63,700 nucleotides of DNA, filler included, from Chiloscyllium plagiosum (GCF_004010195.1; 4 parts of one record of this genome joined end to end with filler, not necessarily neighbours in it), one strand, 5' to 3'. Shown: positions 50,312 to 61,496, counted from the first letter of the whole stretch. Numbers and translations: made by a program. Notes: generated by a model not told the origin, from the letters alone.

Positions 50312-50454
50312 GATGGAAATGTGTTGCTGGAAAAGCGCAGCAGGTCAGGCAGCATCTAGGGAACAGGAGAATCGACGTTTCGGGCATTAGCCCTTCTTCA
50401 GGAAAGAAGCATTCCTGAAGAAGGGCTAATGCCCGAAACGTCGATTCTCCTGTT
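50312..50454. mobile_element. Fold-back PLE mini-element (family A) with two complete head-to-head hammerhead cores
   Basis: Minus core at 50374-50401, plus core at 50415-50442, both CTGAAGA-A-GGGC-TAAT-GCCC-GAAAC-GTC; runs into the N gap. Confidence 0.9.
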
Positions 50455-50989
50455 NNNNNNNNNNNNNNNNNNNNNNNNNNNNNNNNNNNNNNNNNNNNNN
50501 NNNNNNNNNNNNNNNNNNNNNNNNNNNNNNNNNNNNNNNNNNNNNNNNNNNNNNNNNNNNNNNNNNNNNNNNNNNNNNNNNNNNNNNNNNNNNNNNNNNN
50601 NNNNNNNNNNNNNNNNNNNNNNNNNNNNNNNNNNNNNNNNNNNNNNNNNNNNNNNNNNNNNNNNNNNNNNNNNNNNNNNNNNNNNNNNNNNNNNNNNNNN
50701 NNNNNNNNNNNNNNNNNNNNNNNNNNNNNNNNNNNNNNNNNNNNNNNNNNNNNNNNNNNNNNNNNNNNNNNNNNNNNNNNNNNNNNNNNNNNNNNNNNNN
50801 NNNNNNNNNNNNNNNNNNNNNNNNNNNNNNNNNNNNNNNNNNNNNNNNNNNNNNNNNNNNNNNNNNNNNNNNNNNNNNNNNNNNNNNNNNNNNNNNNNNN
50901 NNNNNNNNNNNNNNNNNNNNNNNNNNNNNNNNNNNNNNNNNNNNNNNNNNNNNNNNNNNNNNNNNNNNNNNNNNNNNNNNNNNNNNNNN
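50455..50989. other. Assembly gap (N run)
   Basis: Continuous N run. Confidence 1.
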
Positions 50990-52260
50990 ATTTCCCTGCC
51001 AGTATATTAGTCCCCTTTCAATTTAGGTGCAATCCATCCTTCTTGTACAGGTCACTTCTACTCCAAAAGAGATTCCAATGATCCAAAAATGTGAATCCTT
51101 CTCCCAAACACCAGCTCCTCAGCCATGCATTCTTCTGCTCTATCCTCCTATTCCTGCCCTCACTAGCTCATCGCACTGGGAGTAATCCACATATTACTAC
51201 TCTCGAGGACCTCCTTTTAAAATTTCTGCCTAACTCTCTGTAATATCCCTTCAGAATCTCAACCTTTTCCGTTCTTATGTAATTGGTTCCAATGTGGACA
51301 ATGATCTGTTGCTGGCCTCTCTCCCCAGTGAGAACAGTCTGCACCCTCTCTGAGACATCCTTGATCCTGGCACCAGGGAAGCAACACAGCATTCTGCTTT
51401 TTCACTGCTGGCCACAGAAACGTCTGTCTGTACCTCGGGCTTCAGAATCCCCAACACAATTGATCTCTTAGAAGCCGACGTTCCCCTCGTTGCATTACAG
51501 CCAGTCTCAACACCAGAAACTTGGCTGTTCATGCTACATTCCCCTGAGAATCCATCACCCCCTACATTTTCCAAAACAGCATACCTATTTGAAATGGTTA
51601 TCCACAAAAGACTCCTCCCCTAGGTGCCTAACTTTCTTACCTTTCCTGGAGTTAACCCATCTATGTGACTTTCCCCCCTTCCTATAACTGCCACCCATCA
51701 CATACTGTTGCTGTTGCAAATTCCTCATTACTTTTAACTGTCTCTCCAACCAATCCATTCAATCTGATAAGATTCACATCCAACAGCATTTATGGCAGAT
51801 ATAATCTGCAGTAACCCTGAAACTCTCTTTCAACTCCCACATCTGACAAGAAGTACATATCACTGTACTAAAGGTCATTTTTGCTCCTTCACAATCTTCA
51901 GACCCAGAAAATAGCACCGTCTTATTCCTCTACAAAACATTGCCCAGGTTAAATTAATAGTTATGGCTTATATTTTAAGTTTAATCAAGAGACATATCTC
52001 CCAAAATATATAAACAAGAAAAAATCCCACTCTAGTCACTACTGCAGCCTTTCTGTTGGAATTTTACTACAACAATTAACTTATCTGGTTCTGCGCTGAG
52101 AACTTCGCCCAAACAGGTTCCTCCAAGATTAGTTGCGAATTTCACTATTTGGTAGTTTTCCCAGATGCACTCCGATGTCCAGTGATACATGAATTCAAAC
52201 AACAAAGGCAGTAACTGTGCAGGTTCTCTCTCTCTCACGCCTGCACTGTCCTCACCATGT
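50990..52260 (-). mobile_element. CR1 5'UTR and ORF1 (SGNH/GDSL esterase) relic
   Basis: CCFPGARIKDVSERVQTVL...IIVHIGTNYI...SRVVICGLLPV (51168..51392), ISNRYAVLE (51275..51607). Confidence 0.85.
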
Positions 52261-52661
52261 CTATTTGAGCGGCTAGTTTCATAAAAGAGAAATATGAGGG
52301 AAAAAGTGGGTCTGGGAGGAAGGATCATGACTGTGATGGAAAGCTTATATGTAGGTCTGTGACAAAGTGCAAAGAAAAGACACAGAAGTCTGGTCAGTCT
52401 TCTGATGAATGATTACTTTTTCTAAGCTAGAACATAATGAGTTGCTAGAACATAATTTTGAGACACTTGGAATAAAGAGGTTGACACAAACAATGACTGC
52501 TGAAAATGACAGGACGAGGGATGATGAATGAGTACAGGAAAATGGGTAAATATATATGTAAAAATAATGAACCAATAATTTTTGCCAAAGCTTGTTAAGT
52601 TCACAGGTAACTGGGTCTTTGGGGAAAGAGACAAAATCAGAAAGGAAGAAACAACAGAGTG

Positions 52662-53916
52662 GTAAAAACAATGACTGCAGATGCTGGAAACCAGAGTCCA
52701 GATTAGAGTGGTGCTGGAAAAGCACAGCAGTTCAGGCAGCATCCGAGGAGCAGTAAAATTGACGTTTCGGGCAAAAGCCCTTCATCAGGAATACAGGTGT
52801 GCCAGGATGGGAGGGTGGGTCGTAGGGGGGCGTGGACCTGACCAGGTAGTCACGGAGGGAACGGTCTTTGCGGAAGGCTGAGAGGGGTGGGGAGGGAAAT
52901 ATATCCCTGGTGGTGGGGTCTGTTTGGAGGTGGTGGAAATGTCGGCGGATGATTTGGTTTATGCGGAGGTTGGTAGGGTGGAAGGTGAGCACCAGGGGTG
53001 TTCTGTCCTTGTTGCGGTTGGAGGGGTTGGGTCTGGGGGCGGAGGTGCGGGATGTGGATGAGATGCGTTGGAGGGCATCTTTAACCACGTGGGAAGGGAA
53101 ATTGCGGTCTCTAAAGAAGGAGGCCATCTGGTGTGTTCTGTGGTGGAACTGGAATTGGGAATACGGGATGGTATATTTGCAGGAGGTAGGTGGGAAGAGG
53201 TTTAATCCAGGTAGCTGTGGGAGTCGGTGGGTTTGTAGAAGGTGTCAGTGTCAAGTCGGTCGTCACTGATGGAGATGGAGAGGTCCAGGAAGGGGAGGGA
53301 GGTGTCAGAGATGGTCCAGGTAAATTTAAGGTCAGGGTGGAATGTGTTGGTGAAGTTGATGAATTGCTCAACCTCCTCGCAGGAGCATGAGGTGGTGCCA
53401 ATGCAGTCATCAATATAGCGGAGGAAGAGGTGGGGAGTGGTGCCGGTGTAATTACGCAAGATGGACTCTTCTACGTAGCCAACAGAGATAGGCATAGCTG
53501 GGGCCCATATGGGTGCCCATGGCTACCCCTTTGGTCTGGAGGAAGTGGGAGGATTCGAAGGAGAAATTGTTAAGGGCGAGGACCAGTTCGGCCAAACGAA
53601 TAAGAATGTCGGTGGAAGGGTACTGTTGGGGACGTCGGGAGGGAAAGAAAGGGAGGGCTTGGAGGCCCTGGTCATGGCGGATGGAGGTGTAGAGGGATTT
53701 GATATCCATGGTGAAGATGAGGCATTGGGGGGCGGGGAAACGGTTGTTTTGGAGGAGTGGATGGCATGGGTGGTGTCTCGAACGTATGTGGGGAGTTCCT
53801 GGACTAGGGGGGATAGAACAGTGTCGAGGTAGGTAGAGATGAGTTCAGTGGGGCAGGAGCATGCTGAGACAATGGGTCGGCCAGGGTGGTCAGGCTTGTG
53901 GATCTTGGGAAGGACA
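52662..53916 (-). mobile_element. Penelope-like element: 5'-truncated RT joined directly to the hammerhead pLTR
   Basis: LPKIHKPDHPGRPIVSACSCPTELIS, MDIKSLYTSI, LQTKGVAMGTHMGPSYA, LRYIDDCIG, LPFLD, FYKPTDSHSYLD (frameshifted); minus-strand CTGATGA-A-GGGC-TTTT-GCCC-GAAAC-GTC at 52761-52788; 13-bp TSD aaacaacagagtg (52649-61, 53917-29). Confidence 0.95.
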
Positions 53917-54249
53917 AAACAACAGAGTGACAGACAGCAAAAAAAACACACGAACATTTCAGGGAAAGGTCTCAGCGGTCTTGCAGAAAGCTGATATGAC
54001 ATGAAATACCAAAAGGCTTCCGTCTGTACTGTAACCATTCTTAGGTTAGGCAGGTCAGCAAAAATGAGAATGATATTGAAACAATACAAAGTAAAGTTGC
54101 AATGGCAGCAAAGAGAGATGATTGCAAGAAAGAAGTCATTAAAATGTTGTGACAGGAGGAATTGAAGACACATGCTTCCCTGCTACGCATAACAATGCAA
54201 CAGAAAGAAAAAACGTCACAAGACATGGAAACAACGCATAATAAAGACA

Positions 54250-54720
54250 TACAATACAGGAAGGGTAAAGCCATTCACCCCTTCGAGCCTGCTCCACCAT
54301 TCAATATGATCATGGCTGATCATCCATCTCAGTACCCTGTTCCCACTTTCTCTCCATATCCTTAGATACTTTTAGTTCTAAGAACTATATTTCCATCCAC
54401 TGGCTCACCACTGTCTGGGTGAAAAATTCCTCTCCTGTCCTCAAAGTTCCACCAATTATCCTTAGACCGTGACCCATGGTTCTGGATTTCCTGTTCATAG
54501 AGAACATCCGTACTGCATCCACCCTGTCTAATCCTGATAGAATTTTGTGGGTTTCTTTGAGAAATGGTCTATTGTGTGTTTAAACTGTGACTCCACCCAC
54601 CATTTTGGACTCCATTCATTGAGTAAACTCAGGAAGAATGTTCCGTAACTAGCCTTACAAAACTTGTAAACTTTTAACATCAGCCTGATAAACCTCCTTG
54701 CACTCCCTCAATAGCTAGAA
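54250..54720 (-). mobile_element. CR1 3' relic
   Basis: gccattcaccccttcgagcctgctccaccattcaatatgatcatggctgatc, as at 56600-56655. Confidence 0.8.
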
Positions 54721-54721
54721 T

Positions 54722-55430
54722 GAGGGGGGACCCTGGTTTGTGAACTTTAGGTGGTCCGTAGAAGAGGGGTGTGTTGAATCCATCCAGTTTCATTTTTTTG
54801 GAGGTCTGTCTTGTTAATTTGTCTTGATTTATGAAGTTTCTTCAATGTGGCTCTGACGTTGGGTCTATCGTTACCTGCTGGTAAGCGTTGGTATCTGTGA
54901 GCAGTGAGTTTGCCTTCTCAATGTATTGTGTTCAGTTTAAGATGTCGGTCATGCATGCAGGTACCTTTTCTGCAGGTAGGATTACAATGTTTCTGTCTTT
55001 TCTGAGTCCTTATAAGGCTTTCCTCTCCTGTGTGTTGAGGGTGTTCCCTTCCTTCTTCCTGCTTAGTGTTGGTGCAACTGTCTGTCTGATGGTCTGCTGG
55101 GTTTCTGCTGTGAGTCCATTGTCCTTCAAGGTTGATTCTAATGCTGCTAAGAAGTCCTTTTTGTTCTCTCTGCAGCTGTAGTTCATCCCTCTTAGTAGGA
55201 CAGCTTTATACATATCAATTAGTGGTCAGACTGTTAGATTTTTAATCCAAGTGTATTGTTCTTTTGTGTGAACTTAGTTTTTCCTGCAGGGATGGATTTT
55301 TCATTTTCTCTGTTTACTGTTGTTTGATGCTGATTGCTCGTCTCGTATGTCTGTCCATTCATGGTCTGTCACGTTGGTATATAAAGATTTTTGGTGCGAA
55401 ATTTCCAATTGCATTTATGGAGTCAGTTGT
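54722..55430 (-). mobile_element. Penelope-like RT N-terminal relic
   Basis: KAVLLRGMNY...LNTQERKAL, RNIVILPAEK and FYGPPKVHKPG on the minus strand. Confidence 0.8.
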
Positions 55431-55435
55431 GGCTA

Positions 55436-56472
55436 TAGAGTCATTGAGATGTACAGCATGGAAACAGACCCTTTGGTCCAACCCGTCCACACCGACCAGA
55501 TATCCCAACCCAATCTAGTCCCACCTGCCAGCACCCAACCCATATCACTCCAAACCCTTCCTATTCATATACCCATCCAAATGCTTCTTAAATGTTATAA
55601 TTGTACCAGCCTCCACCACTTCCTCTGGCAGCTCATTCCATACACGTACCACCCTCTGTGTGAAAAGGTTGCCCCTTAGATCTCTTTTATATATTTCCAC
55701 TCACACGAAACCTATGCCCTCTAGTTCTGGACTCCCCAACCCTAGGGAAAAGACTTTGTCTACTTACCCTATCCATGCCCCTCATAATTTCATAAACCTC
55801 AATAAGGTCACCCCTCAGCCTCCAACACTCCAAGGAAAACAGCCCCAGCCTGTTCAGCCTCTCCCTATAGCTCAAATCCTCCAACCCTGGAAACATCCTT
55901 GTAAATCTTTTCTGAACCCTTTCAAGTTTCACAACATCTTTCCAATAGGAAGGAGACCAGAATTGCACGCAATATTCCAACAGTGGCCTAACCAGTGTCC
56001 TGTACTGCCACAACATGATCTCCAAACTCCTGTACTCAATACCCTGACCAACAAAGGAAAGCATACCAAATGCTGCCTTCACTGTCCAATCTACCTGCGA
56101 CTTTCAAGGAGTTATGAACCTGCTCTCCAAGGTCTCTTTGTTCAGCAATATTCCCTAGAACCTTACCATTAAATGTATAAGTCCTGCTAAGATTTGCTTT
56201 CCCAAATGCAGCACCTTGCATTTATCTGAATTAAACTCCATCTGCCACTTGTCAGCCCATTGGCCCATCTGGTCAAGATCCTGTTGTAATCTGAGGTAAC
56301 CTTCTTCGCTATCCACTACACCTCCAATTTTGGTGTCATCTGCAAACTAACTAACTGTACCTCTTACGCTTGCATCCAAATCATTTATGTAAATGACAAA
56401 AAGTAGAGGACGTAGCACCAATCCTTGTGGCACTCCACTGGTCACAGGCCTCCAGTCTGAAAGACAACCCAC
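55436..56472 (-). mobile_element. CR1 LINE 3' ~1 kb
   Basis: ORFs 55687..56082 and 56347..56559 ([27 protein letters not shown]). Confidence 0.95.
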
Positions 56473-56579
56473 CATTTTTCGCAACATTCTGCAGCCATTC
56501 TGTTCTGCTATGTTTTTTGGCTTGTGGGGTGTTGAGCAATGGTTTGTATTTTGAGACATTTTGGTAGTACCTGTTACCT

Positions 56580-56947
56580 AGACAATAGGTGCAGGAGTAG
56601 GCCATTCAGCCCTTCGAGCCTGCACCGCCATTCAATATAATCATGGCTGATCATTCCTAATCAGTATCCTGTTCCTGCCTTATCTCCATAACCCTTGATT
56701 CCACTATCTTTGAGAGCTCTATCCAACTCTTTCTTAAATGAATCCAGAGAGTGGGCCTCCAGAGGCTGGGCCTCCACTGCCCTCTGGGACAGAGCATTCC
56801 ACACAGCCACCACTCTCTGGGTGAAGAAGTTTCTCCTGAGCTCTGACCTAAATGGTCTACCCCGTATTTTTAAGCTAAGTCCTCTGGTTCGGCACTCACC
56901 CATCAGCGGAAACATGTTTCCTGCCTCCAGAATGTCCAATCCTTTAA
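56580..56947 (-). mobile_element. CR1 3' end
   Basis: ORF 56661..56939 RRNFFTQRVVAVWNALSQRAVEA...FKKELDRAL. Confidence 0.9.
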
Positions 56948-57047
56948 NNNNNNNNNNNNNNNNNNNNNNNNNNNNNNNNNNNNNNNNNNNNTTAATTAAT
57001 TAANNNNNNNNNNNNNNNNNNNNNNNNNNNNNNNNNNNNNNNNNNNN
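56948..57047. other. Artificial scaffold spacer N44-TTAATTAATTAA-N44
   Basis: Same 100-bp unit as 16778-16877. Confidence 0.95.
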
Positions 57048-57480
57048 CTCCGCCCCTTCGACTCGGCGTTCAATTTCTTGGATTTCTCGGTCGTGCTTCT
57101 GCAGCGTGGCCGAGAGCGAGTCCCAACGATTTCTGGATTCTGCAATAAAGGCATCGATCTTCGAGTCCAGCTTGGAGATCATCTCCACAAGGCTTGTTAC
57201 TGTAGGTAAGTCCCCCGGGCTGGCTGTGGACGCCTCTGCTGCAGCTGGAGAGGGTGGGGAAGGGGTTCCTGCTTGCTGAGAGCTGCGGGCTCCCTTCCCT
57301 TTAGTCATTTTTACTTAGGATTAAATTGTTTAAATGTAATATTACACAACTAATTAAATTACACAACTATTATAAATGATTTGGTGAGCGTGGTAGGGGG
57401 TGGATGACCCACTGTATCCAAGTCTTGGGAGGAGCACTATAGACTCAGTCTTGCTGGGTCACCGCCATCTTGAATCCCCC
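57048..57480 (-). mobile_element. L1-clade LINE 5'UTR and ORF1 N-terminus (second family)
   Basis: Starts GGGGGATTCAAGATGGCGG at 57480; ORF from 57308 MTKGKGARSS...LQKHDREIQEIERRVEGAE, a coiled coil resembling LQKHEQQLGDLEKR in 49515..50000. Confidence 0.85.
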
Positions 57481-57964
57481 ATGATATTATTAATCATGCT
57501 GTACACTAATTTTCTTGCATCATTCCCTTTTCTTGGTGAAAGCAGTATAGGTAAATTTGGAATCAATTCAAATGTTTCTTTATTAAGAATGCAGATTAAC
57601 ATCAGATAATAGAGAAATAAAATTATCATATATCTGTCTGTTTGCATCAATTGACTTTTGTCACATGACGTTTTGACTGCCACAACGCATTTCATAGTGC
57701 TTAGGGACAGTTTTAATTTTTGGTGATACTGTACCACTATGATATTGGGTTAGCCATTGGTCTTAGACTTCCCAGTTTATTTTTTCTGTTTTCGAATCAA
57801 TGAATTTTTTACTTGTTGTGGGATGAGTGCATGACTGGCGAGATTAGCATTTATCGCCCATCCCTAATTGTGCTCAATACGGTGGTGAGATGCCTTTTTA
57901 CAGTTATTTGGAGTACTGTATAGGTAGAGCTGCATTGTTATTAAGAAGGGAGTTTAGTTTTTTT

Positions 57965-58090
57965 TAGATTAGATTCCCTACAGTGTGGAAATGAGCCATT
58001 CGGCCCAACATGTCCACCCTGACCCTCCAAAGAGTAACCCACCCAGATCCATCTCCCTCTGTCTAATGCACCTAACACTATTGGCAATTA
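57965..58090 (-). mobile_element. HE1-like SINE 3' half
   Basis: tagattagattccctacag...ttcggcccaac...ctaatgcacctaacacta is the reverse complement of about 33135-33262. Confidence 0.8.
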
Positions 58091-58164
58091 TATTGCTGGA
58101 AAGTTACTGTGAAGCAACATTTCAATGGAAAATGCGTATTTTTTTGGATATGAACATCTATGAG

Positions 58165-60215
58165 CATGTTAAAACCTAAAGAGTAACCTTTAAAGGTCAA
58201 TGAGGTAATCTGTGTGAAGCCATAGGAAATGGGTGAAATACTGAACGAATATTTCTCATCAGTATTTACCATGAAGAAAGACATGGAAGCTCTGGAACTT
58301 GCAAATAAAACGTGATGCATTGAAAAGAATCCACATTTCAGAAGAAGAGGTCTGGAATCTTAGAATATATAAAGGTAGATAAATTCCTGGAACCTGATCA
58401 GGGGTTTCTCAGGTCATTGCAGGAAACTCGGCAAGAAATTGTGGGTCCCCGAGCAGAGCTATGCGTATCATCGACTGCCATGGGTGAGGTGCCGAAGACT
58501 GAAGAGTGGCTCATGTTGTACTGTTATTTAAAAAAGGCTGCAAGGAAAAGCTACCAAATTACAGACTGATTTGCCTAACCTTAGTTGTTGGTAAGTTGTT
58601 GGAGAGAATCCTGAGAGACAGAATCTGCATGCAATTGGAAAGGCAACAACTGATTAGGGATAGTAATCTCTCAGCTTAGTTGAGTTTTTTGAAGAGGTGA
58701 TCAAGATGATTCATGAAGGCAGAGTGGTAGACATTTTCTACATGGACTTTAGCAAGACCATCGATAAGGTTCTGCATGGTAGACTAGTTCTTAAGGTTAG
58801 ATCATATGGGATCCAGGGAGAGCTAGCCAATTGGATACAAACTTGGTTTGATGGGAGAAGACAAGGTAGTGATGGAGCGTTGTTGTTCGGACTGGAGGCC
58901 TGTGACCAGTGCTGTGCTGCTATGATCAGTGCTGGGTCCACTGTTGGTTGTCATTTTATATAAAACGATTTGGATTAGAATATAGGAGACCTGGTTAATA
59001 AGTTTGTGGATGACACCAGAATTTGTAGCATGTTGGATAGGGAAGAAGTTTATCTAAATGTACAATAGGATATTGATAAACTGGGCCTGTAGGCTGAGGA
59101 ATAGCAGATAGAGTTAAATTCCAATACATGCAAGATGCTGCATTTTGATAAAACAAACCAGAGCAGGACTTGCACAGTTAATGGTAAGGCCATGAGGAGT
59201 GTTGTTAAATATAGAGACCCAGGAGTACCTATCCATAATTCCTTGAAATGTCATCATGTGTAGACAAGGTGGTGAAGGAGGCAGTGGCATATTTACTTCT
59301 GTCAGAGCACTGAGTACAGGAGTTAGGAGGTCATCTTAGGACTGTAGAAGACAATGTAAGATTGCATTTGGAGTATTGTGCGCAATTCCTGTTGCGCTGC
59401 TAAAGAAAGGATATTATTAAATTAGAAAGGGTGATGGTAAGTAGGGGCTGGATAGGCTGGACATTTTTTCCTTGGAATGTAAGAGACTGAGGGTGATCTT
59501 AAGTCAGTTTATACAATCATGAGGGGCATAGATTAGGTGAATGGTCAAGGTCTTTTATTCAGGGTGAGAGAGCCCAAAACTCGAGGGCACAGGTTTAATG
59601 TGAAAGGAGAAATGTTTAAAAGGCATCTAAGGGGCAATTTTTTCTCTCAGGGTGGTGTGTTGAGGGGATGATCTGCCAGAGGAAGTGGTAGAGGTGGATA
59701 CAATTACAACATTTTAAAAGATAGCGATTTTTGAGAAGATTTGTAGCTCAGTTTGATGACAAGTATATAAGTTAACTCACTGAGCTTGAAGGTTTGTTTT
59801 CAGATGTTTCATCACCATACTAGGTAACATCATTAGTTGAGAGTCTCTGGTGAAGCGCTGGTGGAATGTCTCGCCTCTCTATTTATAGGTCTTGGTTTCT
59901 TAAGGTGGGTGATGTCATGTCTGGTTTTTATTTTCAAGGGAAGGGAGATAAGATCTAAATCTGTGTTTATTGATGGAATTCTGTTTAAAGTGCCACGCCT
60001 CTAAAAATTCTTGTGCATGTCTTTGTTGAGCCTTTCCTTAGATATGTGTGTGGTCCCAGTCAAAAAGACATTTGGACAGGTGCATTGGATAACAAAGCTT
60101 TAGAAGGATACGGGCCAATTGCAGGCAAATGGGGCTGGTTTAATTCAGGAAACCTGGTTGGCATGGATGAACTGGGCTGAAGGACCTGTTTCTGTTCTGA
60201 GTCTATGACATTATG
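58165..60215 (+). mobile_element. CR1 ORF2 relic to the 3' end, with a nested PLE
   Basis: VDIFYMDFSKTIDKVLHGRLVLKVRSYGIQGELANWIQTW (58697..58963); CR1 3'UTR near 60100-60215. Confidence 0.9.
59724..60062 (-). mobile_element. PLE 3' fragment (family C) with tail and decayed hammerhead
   Basis: Similar to 6105-6349 and 46668-46945; tail gatttgtagctcag matches 5816-5828; minus strand cTAATGA-tgttacctagtatggtgat-GAAAC-ATC. Confidence 0.8.
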
Positions 60216-60659
60216 ACTTTATCCAAACATGCTAAACCATGCACTCTTAACTTTTTTTGGAATCATTTTCAGACTCATTGAAATACGGATGCCAAGTTTG
60301 GAAAGAAAGCACTAAATGTGAGAGAGAGTTTGATTTGAAAAAAAAGCATTCTGAAATAGACTTGATGCTATGGCATAACAGTGGGAATTCGGTGTTCAAG
60401 TTTTCAGGACTTAAAAGAGACTACCAAGCAAATGATCTGCAGCAAAGAGACATTTCAGATTAACTGTAAAAGGTTCAGGGCAGAGAGCAGGAGCAACTTA
60501 ATTACATAGGCTGCTGAATGTTCTACTGAGTTAGTAATTGGAGCAGAAACCATGAGATCACTTAATAGGTTGCGTAGATAGTAGTAGGAAAAAATAAAAC
60601 TGAAATATAGTAATGGGGATATGGTGGGATCAGGATTACTGCTCATTGGAAGACAAGCA

Positions 60660-61110
60660 ACCATAAGACCCAAAGAAATGGAAACAGAAGTAGGTTATTT
60701 GGCTGCTTGAACTTAATCTGCCATTCAATAGTATGATGGCTGATCCGCCACTCTTTACATCCATCTTCTTGTCTTTTTCCCCATAACTCTTAATTCCCTG
60801 GCTGATCAAGAATCTGTCTTATCTCAGCCTTAGAAATACACAAGGACTGTGGCCAAATCGCTGTCTGGTAAGACACTTAACCCTCTGAGAGAATAAATTC
60901 CTCCTCATCTCAACCTTAAATTGAAGCCTCTTAATTCTGAGACTGTGCTTTCTGGTTCTGTACTGTCCAATGAGGTGAGCCACTTTATTCTGCTGAATGC
61001 CTTAAGAATACTATATGCTTCAATGAGATCACCTCTTTCTTAAAAATTCCAGTGAGTTCCCACCTTTTCAACCTTTGCTCATAAGACAATTCCTCCATTT
61101 TAGGAATCAT
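60660..61110 (-). mobile_element. CR1 3' relic
   Basis: cagaagtagg...ccattcaatagtatgatggctgatc...aaattcctcctcatctc, similar to 4165-4600. Confidence 0.75.
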
Positions 61111-61194
61111 CCAATATGGGCGTTTATGCAAAACATTTTGTAATTTTGAATTTAATACAAGAAACTGAAGACTGGTAGATCTTTGATAATGTTT

Positions 61195-61496
61195 CTGGTT
61201 ATATGGGCCTAGATCCCTTTTTTACTATTTAACCTCTACTAATTTTAATATTACTGCTCATGTGTTTTCTGTTGGTGAGTCATCCAATTCCACAAAAATC
61301 CCAGCTCCTGGGATTTAAGAAGAGGCCACTTTATGAAGACCAGTACTGGTTATATGGGCCTAGATCCCTTTTTTACTATTTAACCTCTACTAATTTTAAT
61401 ATTACTGCTCATGTGTTTTCTGTTAGTGAGTCATCCAATTCCACAAAAATCCTAGCTCCTGGGATTTAAGAAGAGGCCACTTTATGAAGACCAGTA
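61195..61496. repeat. Tandem duplication, 151-bp unit x2
   Basis: 61195-61345 and 61346-61496, two substitutions seen (ttggtg/ttagtg, cccag/cctag). Confidence 0.95.

Noticed and set aside
2304..50454. Recurring near-identical ~90-bp units with internal palindromes, superficially like CRISPR repeats, REP elements or MITEs
   Set aside because: They are dispersed, have no spacers, carry variable long TSDs and asymmetric ends, and are joined to PLE RT at 52662-53916; they are PLE pLTR derivatives.
50429..51010. 193-aa ORF
   Set aside because: Artefact of translating through the N gap.
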